A stretch of 60,764 bases of DNA, counting the filler, from Catajapyx aquilonaris (lineage: Eukaryota): NCBI GenBank assembly GCA_000934665.2. It is 2 parts of 2 records of this genome, joined end to end, with 100 filler letters (N's around TTAATTAATTAA, not from the genome) between each part and the next. Parts side by side here need not be neighbours in the genome. Positions count along the whole stretch, not along the records: positions 1 to 30,310 come from JYFJ02004659.1; positions 30,411 to 60,764 come from JYFJ02004660.1. One strand, given 5' to 3'. The notes beneath the pieces were generated by a model that worked only from the letters and a program-made list of their open reading frames with translations, searched no databases and was not told where the DNA came from. Position numbers and translations under genes: made by a program. How positions within the stretch are numbered: the stretch's first letter is position 1; each line of letters begins with the position of its first letter. Shown here in pieces: positions 26,016 through 39,101 of the stretch.

Positions 26016-29000
26016 GTAGTAATAATTGAAATAAATTCGAAGTTAATGGGCTGCAGGGCCTTCACAGGTAGGGAAAGTCCGTCTATTCCATTGACATCAA
26101 TAAAGGAAAACATCCACCATCAACACACAACGTCTTGTCGCAACAAGGCGAGTGAAAGAGGTAAAGGTTTCAGTGTTAGTTGGTGCTCATATGAGCTAAA
26201 GTGATGTGACAGAGATTTTTCCACTTAACCTTAAAACTCTCGCACAATGCGACGATGGCACATATCATAGTAGAAAAGGAACCCAAATTACGCCTTGCCA
26301 TGTAAAAAAGAGCGTGAGGAAATTGCATTATTTTCTCGGGAAAAAGGTGAATGCCATACACTTGGTGCATGTTTCTGTTTCTAGGCGTCCGTTCGGCAGA
26401 TTTCCGTGGACTATGAGTCATCGGCTAGAGAGGTTCAGTCCACCAGGCACAGGCTACGAGGATCCTACACGATGGGTAATAGAAACCTGTACCCATTTTC
26501 ATAGAGGGAGAGCAATAATGCTTTAATAGCAGTTCCTCAGTGCATGTTCGCCTACCTCCTAAACTCACTAGCATAAGATATGACTGTCCATCTACATTTT
26601 GCCAGAATAGAAGACTGTTAGTCATGACACGGTCATGAGGCTAACTGAGTAGGAGCTAAAGTGGCTTTTAATAAGGCAAGCTGAATATTTAGAGGCAGAT
26701 GTATTGTGCTGGACTGACTACCACGTAGAATGAAACTATATTAAAAACTAACGTAGAATGACGAGGAGAAAGACCGTTTTAAGATATCACAGGGCAACTT
26801 TTTTTTATATCTACGATTGGAGCCATACCAAACATCCACAAATTGCGGCATCAATTGTGACTAAAAGCCTATTTATATCGCGCTTATTGAATACACAGAG
26901 CAGGTGGCATTACGACTAGAGAAAAACCTGTAGTAACCCTGCCCTTCATGTTTAGAACAAAGGTGGCCGTAAAGAAAATTTAAGTCAATATTATTGACCA
27001 ATTTTCTGGCCAACCAGAACGACGCGAAATAATTTAGCGTTACTCAGCAGTCAAATCTACACTCTCACTGCTTGCATTTATCACGTGACAACAAATATTT
27101 TAGACGAATGTTTTCCGTAGTCATGCAAATTATTGAGGGTAGTACACATGTAATGTAATACAACATTAAATGAAATGTAACGCAATGGTTTCTTGTCACA
27201 TATTGCCTAGGATATGCCCAGGTGTTGATGACAGGCGAAGATGAGGTCAGGTCGTACTTCAGTTGAATGCGACACCATGCAAATGATGGGACACTCTGCT
27301 ACCAGAACACTCTTAGGACAGCAGGCACATGACACACGTAGAAGGGTACTCTACGATGCTCGTATATGCAACAATACACAGTCTCACGGCCATAAACCGC
27401 CAAACACATACAAGGGAACGAGGCTGATTCATTTTAAAGCGATAATATTTGCACCACTTTCGAGTAACTATTGGCTGCGATGTCAAAAGTGACCGATTTA
27501 AACATTCCCAACGAGACAACCTTCATCGAAACTCACGCTCTGATGAGGAGAAAACATTGTAAGAGAAAAGCTACGGCCACTACGATAAGCAAACAAAAGC
27601 AACAAAGACTCTGCCGTGTCATGTCTGACTTGAATGCACGTAAATTGACTTACGATACTATCAGGGAGGACATTCATACTTGTGAGATACGTCGTAGTAA
27701 CACGCTTCAATTGCATAATATACTTATACTATCAAGTCTCTCTTGTAATTATGCAGGCAATGAAAGAAAGCTGCACATTTTTTTCCCCATCTTACTGCAT
27801 ACTGCAACTTTTCCTTCGTCCCACAAGAGTAGTAGTGTTCTAGTGACAGGAAGAACAGAGAGGTCCTAAGGGAAGGCACGAGACGACGCAGAGTGGTCAA
27901 GTTTACCCAAAGTCTGGATAAAAATTGTACTTTCCAAACTCTAAATATGATTACCAAAGTTGCACTTTTACATTATTAGGTCACAATGTAGGTATTTTTC
28001 TTTGGACCATAAAAAACACCAAAGTCGCGTTGAGTCTGGTCGATTATCTTGGAATATAATATTTGGGACATTTTTCACAATATTATCTTCAAACCAATCA
28101 GCAAATTTGTTTATGCCCAATTCTGCTACATAATATATTTTGTTGGGGCTTTAAAAATGGTGCCATAAACAAACGTCAGTTGTGACGTACACTATTGCTA
28201 TTCTCTTATCAACATGCACATGCTCAGGTGCAAATAAATACAATCCATCGGCTGGGATGCGAAGCGACATGTAATAACTTACTCAATAATATTTTCCTGC
28301 GTCTGATTCTTCGTCTACCGAAATACCGATCTTCAGACAGACGTACACGCACACCCTGAAGCAACCTACCTTATTATAAAGGCCAACTGTCTCGTCGCGT
28401 CAGAAATTCACTCACATGACAGCACAATCTACAACATTGAAGAAGCAACTGACAATGACAAAATTAACACCGCACACATTTGAACAAGTCTTTATATTGT
28501 GCCTATGCGTACAGTAGGTGGCATTCTATGAAACGCAACCAGTGGTGAAATGCCACATTCAACTGATGGGAAGGAACCACACAGCTCGCAGGTGATTCAC
28601 GATGATGCAAGTGCTACATTTAATGCAACTGAATGACATTCCTGAAACGACATGATTAATTAACGTGGTTTCATGGCTGAAGTGAGTTACGAGTCGGCCA
28701 GAAAAACTGATGATGCTGAAGTACGCCGTAGACCCCATCGTGGGCATGTTTAGGACAATAATTGCCTAGAGCGCCGCGCCGTCGGGATCCAAAAGATTTA
28801 TCAGCAGTTACCATGGAGTATGGCACATAATGAACTATGATGATTAAACTTATAATTCCAAAGGATCTCTTCCACAATTGATTTTGCAGTGTTCCACAAT
28901 AATTTTCATTGTACGTTGTACCTCATAATATTGCATGAAAAAGTGAACCAGAGTTTTTAAATATCCCTGGCAGTGAAAACCTGGTATAGTAATTGCCATG

Positions 29001-30310
29001 GAATATGGGCCCAGTTTTACGGGGCACTGAGAGGAAGCTGTCCAGTGGCCTTATTGAGCTGTTCAGGGAGGCTGGACAAGAGCTAACAGCATCACTGTAT
29101 CCGCTTGCTGGACGGCCCGACCCAGTGTAACAGGGAAGGTCTTGCCAGATAAATACATAGCCTCCTGCGAAGTATTGGACAGTCACGTAAAAATAGCAAA
29201 TAAGTAAAACAACATTGCAAAATAAATGTTCAATTGAAGGAACAAGCACCAATCGAGTAGAACCTGGAGGAGCCAGTCTTATCAATCCATGACCATCTGA
29301 GATGTCGATAATTATAATGAAGAGTCTAGTAAGTGGCTCGGATTTCTGCAGTTGGAGTGCTGAGTATCTGACTTATGTCACGGATGACCACTCCAACTGT
29401 GAAGACCGACAAGCTACGTCGCCCTCATCGTCCTCACCATGTACGACGGAGTTGGACACAGATACCGCATGAAAGGCCTAAGGTGACGGCTTGTGGAGGA
29501 GAATCATTGGTAAATGTCATCACGTGAAGTTATAAGCAGGCGTTTCACAAAAGAATTCTTGTAGGTGACGATTCCATTTTGATCCCAAAAATCCAGACCT
29601 GTGTCGACAAGGGTCGACAAAGGCTTGTTATACACAAGATCCTTTGTGCTAATTATACAGTAATTTGCTAGTAATTTGGCATATAATGTTATTTAAGTGT
29701 CTTTTCAGATATTAACATTTCATTCCCTCGACTTATGAGGCTCTGAAAGTATCATAGTGAACACTTTAGATCTGCCTTTCTTGCAATCACCAAACCAAAT
29801 CGTTTTCTTTTCCTCTCACAAAAATATGTGAATGCCTGCACCTGTTTTTGTTGATCAGGTTAACTTGAGAGAAACCTAGAGTGTCAATTTTTAAAAAAAA
29901 TATCACGACCAGTTATTTTACCATCCAGTAATATAAAACACAAGTTACAGGTTAGGTACTGACAAGTGACAACTATGAAATTACGTTTATGTAGAGGGCA
30001 TTAATAAAAACCCAAATATGTATGAACCACACATGCATTAAATTATTTTATAAGTTATGTTTTATTTATATATTCATGTTTATATACTTATAATTTATTT
30101 TCACATCTATAATATTAAAATGCTTGCGTTGGGGGGCCGAGCCCTCTGATTGGTCCGCCCCCGTATTGTAGCCGCCACCTCTTCCCATTGGCCCCCGTCC
30201 ATTGTTGCTGCGTCGTATCCATGGCGCATTGTTACCATGACGCCTCCGATTGGCCCCCGTTCCGAGCATGCGCAGTGGGGGTGGAACACGTCCAGTTGCA
30301 TGTTGACCTC

Positions 30311-30410
30311 NNNNNNNNNNNNNNNNNNNNNNNNNNNNNNNNNNNNNNNNNNNNTTAATTAATTAANNNNNNNNNNNNNNNNNNNNNNNNNNNNNNNNNN
30401 NNNNNNNNNN
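30311..30410. other. Artificial contig-join spacer (44 N + TTAATTAATTAA + 44 N)
   Basis: Exactly 100 bp, symmetric, with a linker that gives stops in all six frames. Confidence 0.95.
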
Positions 30411-30800
30411 TCAAACAGAGACAGGCGAATCGAATGTTTGCGCCTCTTATGTAGTATTGTGCCCCCTGTCCTGCCTCTCCATTATTATAATCGCCTTCGA
30501 CTGCAAAACGTGCGAGATGACCCTTCTCCTTAGTGGCACCGGAGAGAGCTGCAGACGCGGTGAAAGGCGACCGCGACCGGGCAGCCGGGACGAGCGTGAC
30601 CGGGCAGCCTGGAAAGCGCCTCGCGACCGAACGCTGGTGTTGTGGCTTACGGAACATCGCCTTTAGGCTGGATTTTCAGCCTGCTAACGTGGAATTTAGC
30701 AGCTGAGGTGATGTTTTCCCAACACTACAGGCCAAGCAGAATTTAATTTATAAAAATTATCAAAATCCACGAGGGTAAGAAAAGTTACTTTGCTTGTAAG
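30411..30800. mobile_element. One arm of fold-back family F1, cut by the contig edge
   Basis: Highly similar to 56743-57110. Confidence 0.9.
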
Positions 30801-30850
30801 ATGAAAGTGCCATGAGTAAGCTGTACTATCGGGTTTTGCAAGCAGGTGTT

Positions 30851-31164
30851 CTTGTCTTCAATAAGGTGTGGGGACGAAAACGGGTGTGTTACTGTAGCTC
30901 TGGGGACGTTGACCCAATTGTGGGGACATTTTAGGTCCCCACAGGGCAAAACTGCTTCACACACGAGAATATTACCGTTACAGTGGGGACATGTCCCCAC
31001 TATTTCCTTTTGCAGGGTATCACAAAAGTCCATTTCTTTCAGCCTAGGTTACTTAGGGTAGGGTATGGTAGGGTAGGTTAGGGTAGGTTAGGGTAGGTTA
31101 GGTTAGTTTACACTCGCTTTGTAAAGTTGTCTTTTTCACGTCCCCACACCTTAGTGAAAACAGG
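30851..31164. mobile_element. Non-autonomous TIR element with internal GTGGGGAC repeats and a (GGGTAGGTTA)n tract
   Basis: 26-bp imperfect TIR C(T/C)TGT(C/T)TTCA(A/C)TAAGGTGTGGGGACG. G-rich tract at about 31046-31106. Confidence 0.8.
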
Positions 31165-31754
31165 TCTATATATGTGTGTGTGAAGGGTTGCTTCAAGACC
31201 AGGATGAACTGGCCAAAAGTATTTGAACCCGATAGTGGTGCTTTTGGTCCCCTCTCAAGATGTGGCTCCTCGTCCTCCTCCCAAGATCATTCTTCCCCTC
31301 CTACCCTCCACATTGGAGTATTGAATAATATTCAGCAATTATATTCCCCATTGATAATAATATTAATAACTAGATTTTAATAAATACATACCTGCATCCA
31401 TTCTGACCTTATTAAGCATGGCATGTACATCACTTTTGCACACATAACTCAACTTTTTATTTTTGGCACTTACAGCCATTTTGACTTAAGCCCTTCAATT
31501 ATTAATGACGGGTGTTGGTGATGGAAGTGTAGTAGCCTCCGTAATCTTTGAAGGTTTGTTTGTATATCATTTAAAATGTGAGCCTGGCTCATCTCTGACT
31601 ATTATCAGTTATTTAAGGTAATAACAAGATGAAATCAATTTTTCTAACTAGTGAAATAAGGAACTTTATAATAAGGTCTACACTTCTTTTAAAAATTAAT
31701 ATTATCAATTACATTTCATAAGAGTGTGGAATAATGAGTGTGTAAGTGACTGAC

Positions 31755-31885
31755 CTCATGTTTCCAAGTCAGTTGTTGAATAGAGGGATTGGCTCGGACT
31801 TCACATTCAAAGTAAACGTCGTCCCCTTCCTTGATATCTCGTGGATCCAGCACATTTCCAAGCTTTAAGTGTGCTTTGGGTGGAT
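31755..31885 (-). CDS. Internal exon C of the Sidestep/nephrin-like gene (YPPKAHLKLGNVLDPRDIKEGDDVYFECEVRANPSIQQLTWKHE)
   Basis: The LG..L....IKEGDDVYFEC.V.ANP motif is typical of arthropod Sidestep-family proteins. Acceptor TTACAG, donor GTCAGT. The T|AT junction with exon B gives Tyr in frame. Confidence 0.93.
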
Positions 31886-32601
31886 CTGTAAGTACAGGTT
31901 TCGCAATCACTGTACAAATATTACATCATGCCAACTATTCTAGCATCTGTTAAAAGATGCAGGCATAAACCCTGGTGGGATGCAGACTTACGGCCTATCC
32001 CCATACTGACTCTTCACAGCCGCGCCGTATGCCTTCCCAAACTATAGAGAGCATAATATACATTTTCTCTATTCTCTAAACCTTATTTCTAACATATGAT
32101 AAGTGATAACCGTATTGTGCGAAAAAGCATGTTGATTATTACCCAAGGCATTTGTGGTGTGCTTCGATATGAATCGTTAACATTATATCAAAACCTGACT
32201 GCAAAAGTCAGGCATGCATCAAAATAATCGATAATTATTTCATGATTTTTTGGGGGGACTGAAAATGTTCAATTTTATCACATGTCTGGTTTTGCCTGTC
32301 AGGTTTATATATTTATTCTGGATTAGCTCTTGACTTAAAGCATCAGTCATTTAAACATGTTCTACTATTGTAGCAAATCCTACCATGCTAAAATAATATC
32401 GTCGCTGGCCCCATTCTGGCATTAATGTAAAATTTTGAAAAGGAAATGCTTTATGAAGTGGAATCAAATTCAGCATCATTAGCTGGGCGTCTACGCTTTC
32501 ATTTCCGCCCACTCCAATGGACTCAGTTCAGTTAGCAGTGGGAATGTCCATCCACCATCATTTATTGCTTTAAACTGGGCCGGAAAAGGTAGGGATCGAA
32601 T

Positions 32602-34302
32602 GGGTGATTCCATGACACTTCAGGCAAAATTTAATTCAGATGACACCCTACCTTTTTTATTATGGCGATATTTTAGATATCCAGTGACCCGGCTGAACGA
32701 CGACTAGAACCATAACTAAAAGTCTCCTAAGGTCAAAGGGTCAAGGGAAATTCCGTCGACAAAAATGGCAACAACAGAAAACATGCGTCTGCTTATGGGC
32801 AGATATCTCTGCACCTGTAACCGTACTGCTGTGAATGATGTGTCATGGGATTCCTAATACTGCAGGGAATTCACATTTTGCAATAGCGAACGTCTTCCGG
32901 CAATAATAGCAGGTCAAATGTCAAAGGTCAATCACGTTGACCTCTGAATTTTCCAGAGATACAATTTTTTATCTTCTTGAAATTTAAAACACATCACCAC
33001 CTGGCCTAGTCCTAACATGCCTTAAAATATCAAACTAGTGCATTGCGGTGTTTACAAGAAGAAAATTGAAACGTGTTGAGGTACAAGTACCCAGACAAGC
33101 CGCGCGCGCTGCGCTGTTACACTGTTCTACAAAAGAAGATTTCTTTCTCTTTTATGAAGCTATGAATAGTGATTCCTATTGTCCTTTCTGCGCTGAATCC
33201 GAATATCTGCTCGGAAGATTTCTGTCTTGCACAGTTTTTGAGATATATCGTTTTAAAATTTGGAACCGCTTACTAGGGGTCTTTACGAATCAAGTGGGCC
33301 TAAAATATGTTGCCAGACCGTCTGTGATCTAGGTGAAAATAATCACAGAGGTACTCACGTATTTCTTAATGCTGCTAATAAAGTTTCAGCCATATTTCAC
33401 AATACCACGATGAGGAAAATAATTGCACATATCTGGATATGGCTGAAAATGAGGAGAATATTTCGGAGAATATTTTTCCGGTTGGTGGAAGAGGTCAAAG
33501 CCCAATGTACATATACATGGCTGAAACTTTATAAGCAGGATTAAGGAATAGTTGAGTACCTCTGTGATTATTTTCACCTAGATCCGAGAAAGTCTACCTA
33601 TAGTAACATATTTTAGGCCCACCTGATTCGTAATGACCCCTAATAAACAGTTCCAAACTTTAAAACTATATATCTCAAAAACTGTGCATACAGAAAACTT
33701 CCGAGCAGATATTCGGATTCAGCGAAGAAAGGACAATAGGAATGACTATTCATAGCTTCAAAAAATAGAAAGCAATCTTATTTTGTAGAACAGGGTAACA
33801 GCGCAGCGCGCGCGGCTGTCTGGGTACCCCAACACGTTTCAATTTTCTTCTTGTAAACACCGCAATACACTAATTTTATATTTTAGGGAATGTTAGAACT
33901 AGGCCAGGTGGTGATGTATTTTAAATTTCAAGAAGATAAAAATGGCGTCTCTGGAAAATTCAGAGGTCAACGTGATTGACCTTTGACATTTCACCTGTTA
34001 TTATTGCAGGAAGACGTTCGCTATTGCAAAATATGAATTCCCTGCAGTATTAGGAATCCTGTGACACATCATTCACAGCAGTACGGTTACAGGGGCAGAG
34101 ATATCTGCCCACAAGCAGACGCATGTTTTCAGTTGTTGCCATTTTTGTCGACGGAATTTCCCTTGACCCTTTGACCTTAGGATACTTTTAGTTATGGTTC
34201 TATTCGTCGTTCAGCCGGGTCACTGGGTATCGAAAATATCGCCCGAATAAAAAAAAGGTAGGATGTTCACCACTACCTGAATATATTGTCATGGCTCCAC
34301 CC
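32602..34302. mobile_element. About 1.7-kb fold-back element (~790-bp arms, ~120-bp spacer) in the intron between exons B and C
   Basis: 32643-33395 is the reverse complement of 33515-34266 with scattered mismatches. Outer ends GGGTGATTCCATGACA / TGTCATGGCTCCACCC. Confidence 0.92.
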
Positions 34303-35788
34303 GAAGGTAAAAAGCGAGAGGATATGACAAAGATGCCAATCTGCTAGGGATCGCTTGAAGTCTGGCGCTATTTTTACACCCGGAGGAATGTGGCTCATCC
34401 TTCACCCGGATTCCCTTGATGGAGCAAATTGGTATCCCGAAACGCAGTCATTGGCATATATAATCTCCTTCAAATCGCGTGATCCGGGTCATAATGGTTA
34501 TACGGGTCATTTTCCTGGATGCAGAGTCGACTCACGGGAGTCAGATTTGGATCAATCCCATTTAGATCCTTGTGCAGTCCCGTAGTAATGCTAGGATATG
34601 TGGCTAAGTTATTTGTCAATCATGACTGACGGGAATGCTGCATTTTACTCGGATGCGTACAAGCGAGGAAGGTCTTTATTTATGGTCAATTACACCGTCA
34701 TGAAATTAGCCTACTAATTAAAACGTAAGCAGTTTGCAGTTATTGGAAACCCATGTGGCAATATTTGTCAATAAATTAAGCCAGTTTGTGAAATGAATCG
34801 GCACCACCACCAATAGAAACCAGCGTGCCATGATAGTCGACACAACGCTCCTGAATTAAATGAAGCCTTTTGCAGCACTGAATAGCTACGCCACAGCCGC
34901 TATTCGCACATCATTTCATAAATCACACCGTATAGACACAGTAGAAGTAGGCGACTTGTGATCCATTTCATTCTAACTAATGTCGCAATACCTTTTGGAT
35001 ATACAGTAGAATTCAGCGACCAAATACAGTATAATATATTATGTGGCTTTATTGCGGCAGTCGAATCGAGAAGTGAGTTTCGCTTTTAACAAAGTTGGCT
35101 ACTTCTGATGTTTTGTTAAGATTTTGACCGATTGTTGCATTCTTTTATAAGTGGGTTACGAGCTGCTCACTGCTTTTTATTAAGTCTAATAATTCCTACC
35201 AGTAGGCCTTTCTAACGTCTACAGTATGGGGAGGGGAGGGAAGGAATTCAATTGCTATTCTACAAGGAGCGTTCTGGACTTGACAATAGAATAATCACCA
35301 GTTATTTCAGGTCAAGATTGTTTAAGGATTTACAATTAAAGTACAGGGTGTTCCAATTGAATAAAAATGTCCTTAATGGTTGCCGTTTTTTTGCATTAAG
35401 TTGCTTATTTAAAATACGTTTTTTATACGCTATCAAATAGATTAGATGATTACGCTTGGTTCAAAGGGTAGCATATCGGAAGCTTCTGGGAGCGTTTTCT
35501 GGCCACGAGAGAAACAGAAAATGATACGATATGTGCGACACGTTTGAATATCGTTATTGTTTTTGTTTCCATTCTCATGAAAGGCGTTTTCCCACTGTTG
35601 CAAGCGTAAGGTTTACGTCGTATTGTATAACTTGACGAAGCCACAGCCGCATTGATCGGTCGCTTCCTCTTCTTATTATTCGTAATTTTCATCCTGCATG
35701 ACCACATACATGTGTTCTTTCCATGTTCTCTGATCAGGCCGTCTGTATATTTTACCAAGCAGATAGAAAAACTATAGAACATACTTAC

Positions 35789-35933
35789 AAGTCACTCTAA
35801 GAATTACTCTGGCCTCCATCTTCCCTAAGGGAACCCAAGGATTCTCAGCTTGGCAAATCAGAGTCTTTCCATCATCATCAGATTTGGGTTCAAAGGTCAA
35901 ACTGTAGCTGACTGGCTGGTCATCAGAGGACAC
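35789..35933 (-). CDS. Internal exon B of the Sidestep/nephrin-like gene (VSSDDQPVSYSLTFEPKSDDDGKTLICQAENPWVPLGKMEARVILRVT)
   Basis: Second half of the Ig domain (L.F.P...DDGK.L.C.AEN). Acceptor CCCCAG, donor GTAAGT. 145 nt, phase 0 in and phase 1 out. Confidence 0.92.
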
Positions 35934-38042
35934 CTGGGGCACAAGAAAGGGTGGGAACCGATGAGTGTTTGCATGCACCGATGGCTAGTAACTGACACGA
36001 AAGGAAGACATTCATAATATGGATAGTCCATATACATTAAGCTTTCCGCGAAAGTAAGAGCAGTTTGCTACTTGAAGACCAAAGATGCAGGTGGGGGAGG
36101 GATAATGTTCCAAATCAGAATAATAAATCAGAATAATACTACACCATGTGATATACCAGCTTTTAAGGGATCATCTTTTACTGATGTTACTTAATTTAGG
36201 TCAGCGCTGTTGATCAATATTGATTGTGGAAGGAAACGGATGGCTTCCACAAAACCTATGTGATAACGGAGATAATCAATTGACACTCTTTTCACATGAG
36301 CAATTCTTCGGTCTGATCCGGAGATAGAACTCGGAACCTCGTAGGTGGAAGGGGCTCTGACAAACTCTTCATACGTGTGTGTCAAATCATGACGAAGTAC
36401 ACTGTAAACTCTGAATATACAAAGTTATAAGTTAACTAGATTCATAACATTTCGAATAATAAAATAAATGTGGAGTGGAGTGTATTAAAACATTTAGAAT
36501 GGGGAATACTCACGGTATAGATTCTACAGAGTGAGAGAGAATTCCAGTTCTGTCACCAACGAGAGTACTCATTGGCTAAAACAAGTCGATATGTATGGGT
36601 AGTATAGTACTGTATATTAATCTCCGTCAATAATTAAGAGAGGTGAAAATTTAGCTGTACTTTAAAATGTTCACTAAGACATCAAGCAAGGTATTCGCTT
36701 AAAAGCATAATTTATTTCCCTCCATGCACACGATAAATTGTCAATCATGTAGGCCTACAGTATTTTAGCCAACAATAATATTGCACTAAAATAAATTATA
36801 TTATAATACAGCGTCAAAAATTAGGCTACTCTCTCGGTCCAAATTGAATGGAGAATTCTCTTTCTTGCTTTCTGTTAGCTGGAAAATTTGTTTACTCAAA
36901 CATGGCAGCAAAAATTTAGTTTTGCCTTTTCACCTGGAATATTCTCATTTAGGATTTCTATAGTGTCATCTCTCCATGCTGGCCAATGTCAATGTGAACG
37001 CATTTTGTGTGGACACAGTTCACTTGACACTCATGGCGACGACACAAACTTGTGATATCACTATCGGTACTACTATGTTAATGTTTTCATCCTCTACTCT
37101 CTAATTGGACATAATATTATAATGTCAATATGATTAAAATAAGGTAGCTTGTACTCGACATAGCCTCTGTTGGGGTCATTTCAGATTTCTAAAAACCTCA
37201 CATAGAGAATTCAATATAATGTCAATGTGCGACGACATGTATTACTTTTGCCCAGTGAAAGTTCATAACAAGTGGAATGGTTAATGAGACTATCGCATTG
37301 AAAAGTACCCGCGTAAATTTGTAATGGATCCGCATAAATGGTGTCGTTACTACTAATTATAGTCCACAAGGAGAATCGGATAATGAGGAAAATCATGACC
37401 GTGATTTACATTCACCTCGAGCAAAACAGCTAGGGAAGGATAATAATAGCCTTTCGTTAGTTCACGTGAACAAATGCCGAGTAAATGAAAGAGTTCGTAG
37501 ATTGGTGCGTTTTCATTGCCGAAACCTATCTCTGACCCCAAAGAGTTCTTTCCTCGACAGGGGTGTAAATCAAGAAAACAATAAAGTCCAGTGCTAACCG
37601 CTAAGCAGCACTTCGTAAGGACAGAGTTGTACGGCCGTTTTCACCTCAACTAATTCCACTGGCTATACTAGGGGGATATCTGGAGGAGGAGTATTTCTCT
37701 CCTCCCTTTCTCACACTCACTATAGGGAATTGGACCCAGTTCCACATATCACGCATAAGTGATTCCTCCTTGCTGCTGCTACTCTAATAATATTATTATG
37801 TCTTAAGCAGCAAAATATAATATATTGTGCAAAACAATGGGAGGGGGATTTGAGAGAGTTCCATGCAAATTCCTCTGATCGGACAGAATACTTTCTCATA
37901 TGCATAAGAAGTGAGTTCTCTCCGTATTCGGGAATTTCTCGGGGTTTTCCCGTTTTCATCAGTAGTGCTCTGTTAATCTAGTCAGGCAAATAAAAGATCC
38001 CATGAGAGGCCGGATAAGGCGGAGGAATTCAATTGTTTCATA

Positions 38043-38415
38043 TGGGTGGTTCCAAAGTTTCGCATTTCCAGTCGAATTAAATATTCATGCAAATTTATCA
38101 GATAACAAATAATTACTCGAGTTGATTTTAGTGAATTCGGCTTTTCAATTTTTTTTAAATCATAGTTTGTTAAGTTTTACGCGCGAGTGATACAGGCAAT
38201 CCTTCACTCTGGGCAACCCATCTAGCATGGATGTTTGAGGGAGTCACCTGGCTCGCAGGAGGAGTCGTATCATAAGTGTCTACAATTATTTAACAAACAA
38301 TTATCTGTTTAATGAAGCCCGAATCGCCCAAATCACCTAGAGTAATTTGGATTTAGAAATGCCCAGGATTTTTAAATACGAGATGAACTGCTCATACGTA
38401 TATGGCATCACCCTG
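38043..38415. mobile_element. Degenerate MITE (GGGTG termini)
   Basis: GGGTGGTTCCA / TGGCATCACCC ends, with inner inverted blocks AATTACTC...TTCGGC / GCCCGAA...GAGTAATT. Confidence 0.5.
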
Positions 38416-38418
38416 TCG

Positions 38419-38766
38419 CAGGCGTTTATCCAGGATTTTGATATGGGGGGGGGNGGGCGTATCATAAGCACTAACTAGGCGAACAAGCCGTAAAACGCGG
38501 GGAGCTCGCCCGCCGCAGGCGAACATTTTTTGGGTTCAAGGTCACACGATCTTAGGTGAATGTGGGAGATTTGAATTGGTGTGTATTTATGAAATTGGTA
38601 GCACTTTTTCAAACTGTAATTTTGATAGTTTTGTCTTAGTGGGACCTGGGGGGAGGGGTTACTTGAAAAATAGGGCGCCAAGTCATTGCACAATATTTTT
38701 TTAAAAAGGTAGCATGGTTTGTGTGACGGGTGTGCGCAAGTGGGGGGGGGGATGGATAAATCCCTG
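38419..38766. mobile_element. hAT-type MITE
   Basis: CAGGCGTTTATCCA / TGGATAAATCCCTG TIR with near-duplicate ACCCTGT(C)G flanks. Interior homologous to 49925-50010 in reverse. Confidence 0.7.
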
Positions 38767-39101
38767 ACCCTGTGCAGCAATGTAATGGAATTAATCGTGA
38801 TGGATGCAGAATTTTGGCCATTAGATAGACACTCCATTCCTTTTCCTTTAATTTTAAGGACATCCAATTATTGCTTTTCGTGGAAATATTCATGCTCTGT
38901 GAAACTCATATGTTGCAGGCCTATACTTGTCAAAGTTCTGTTTTGCTTGCGCTCCAAACGAAGAAATTTGGAGATGAGTCCCATTGCTAAAGGAAAGGAA
39001 GAAGCATCCGTTTCCCGAGAGTACTCCACTAAAGAGGCAGGGCTAATGGAGCAGTGTCGAACAGGTTGGGAATCAGTCTGTTGGGGGTGAAAGTGATTTA
39101 C

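Noticed and set aside
31046..31106. True telomere
   Set aside because: Short, impure, and enclosed within a TIR element.
36514..36523. Possible minus-strand microexon (TGTAG|AATCTATACC|GTGAGT) between exons A and B
   Set aside because: 10 nt would shift the frame, and exons A and B already join in phase 0. It needs RNA evidence.
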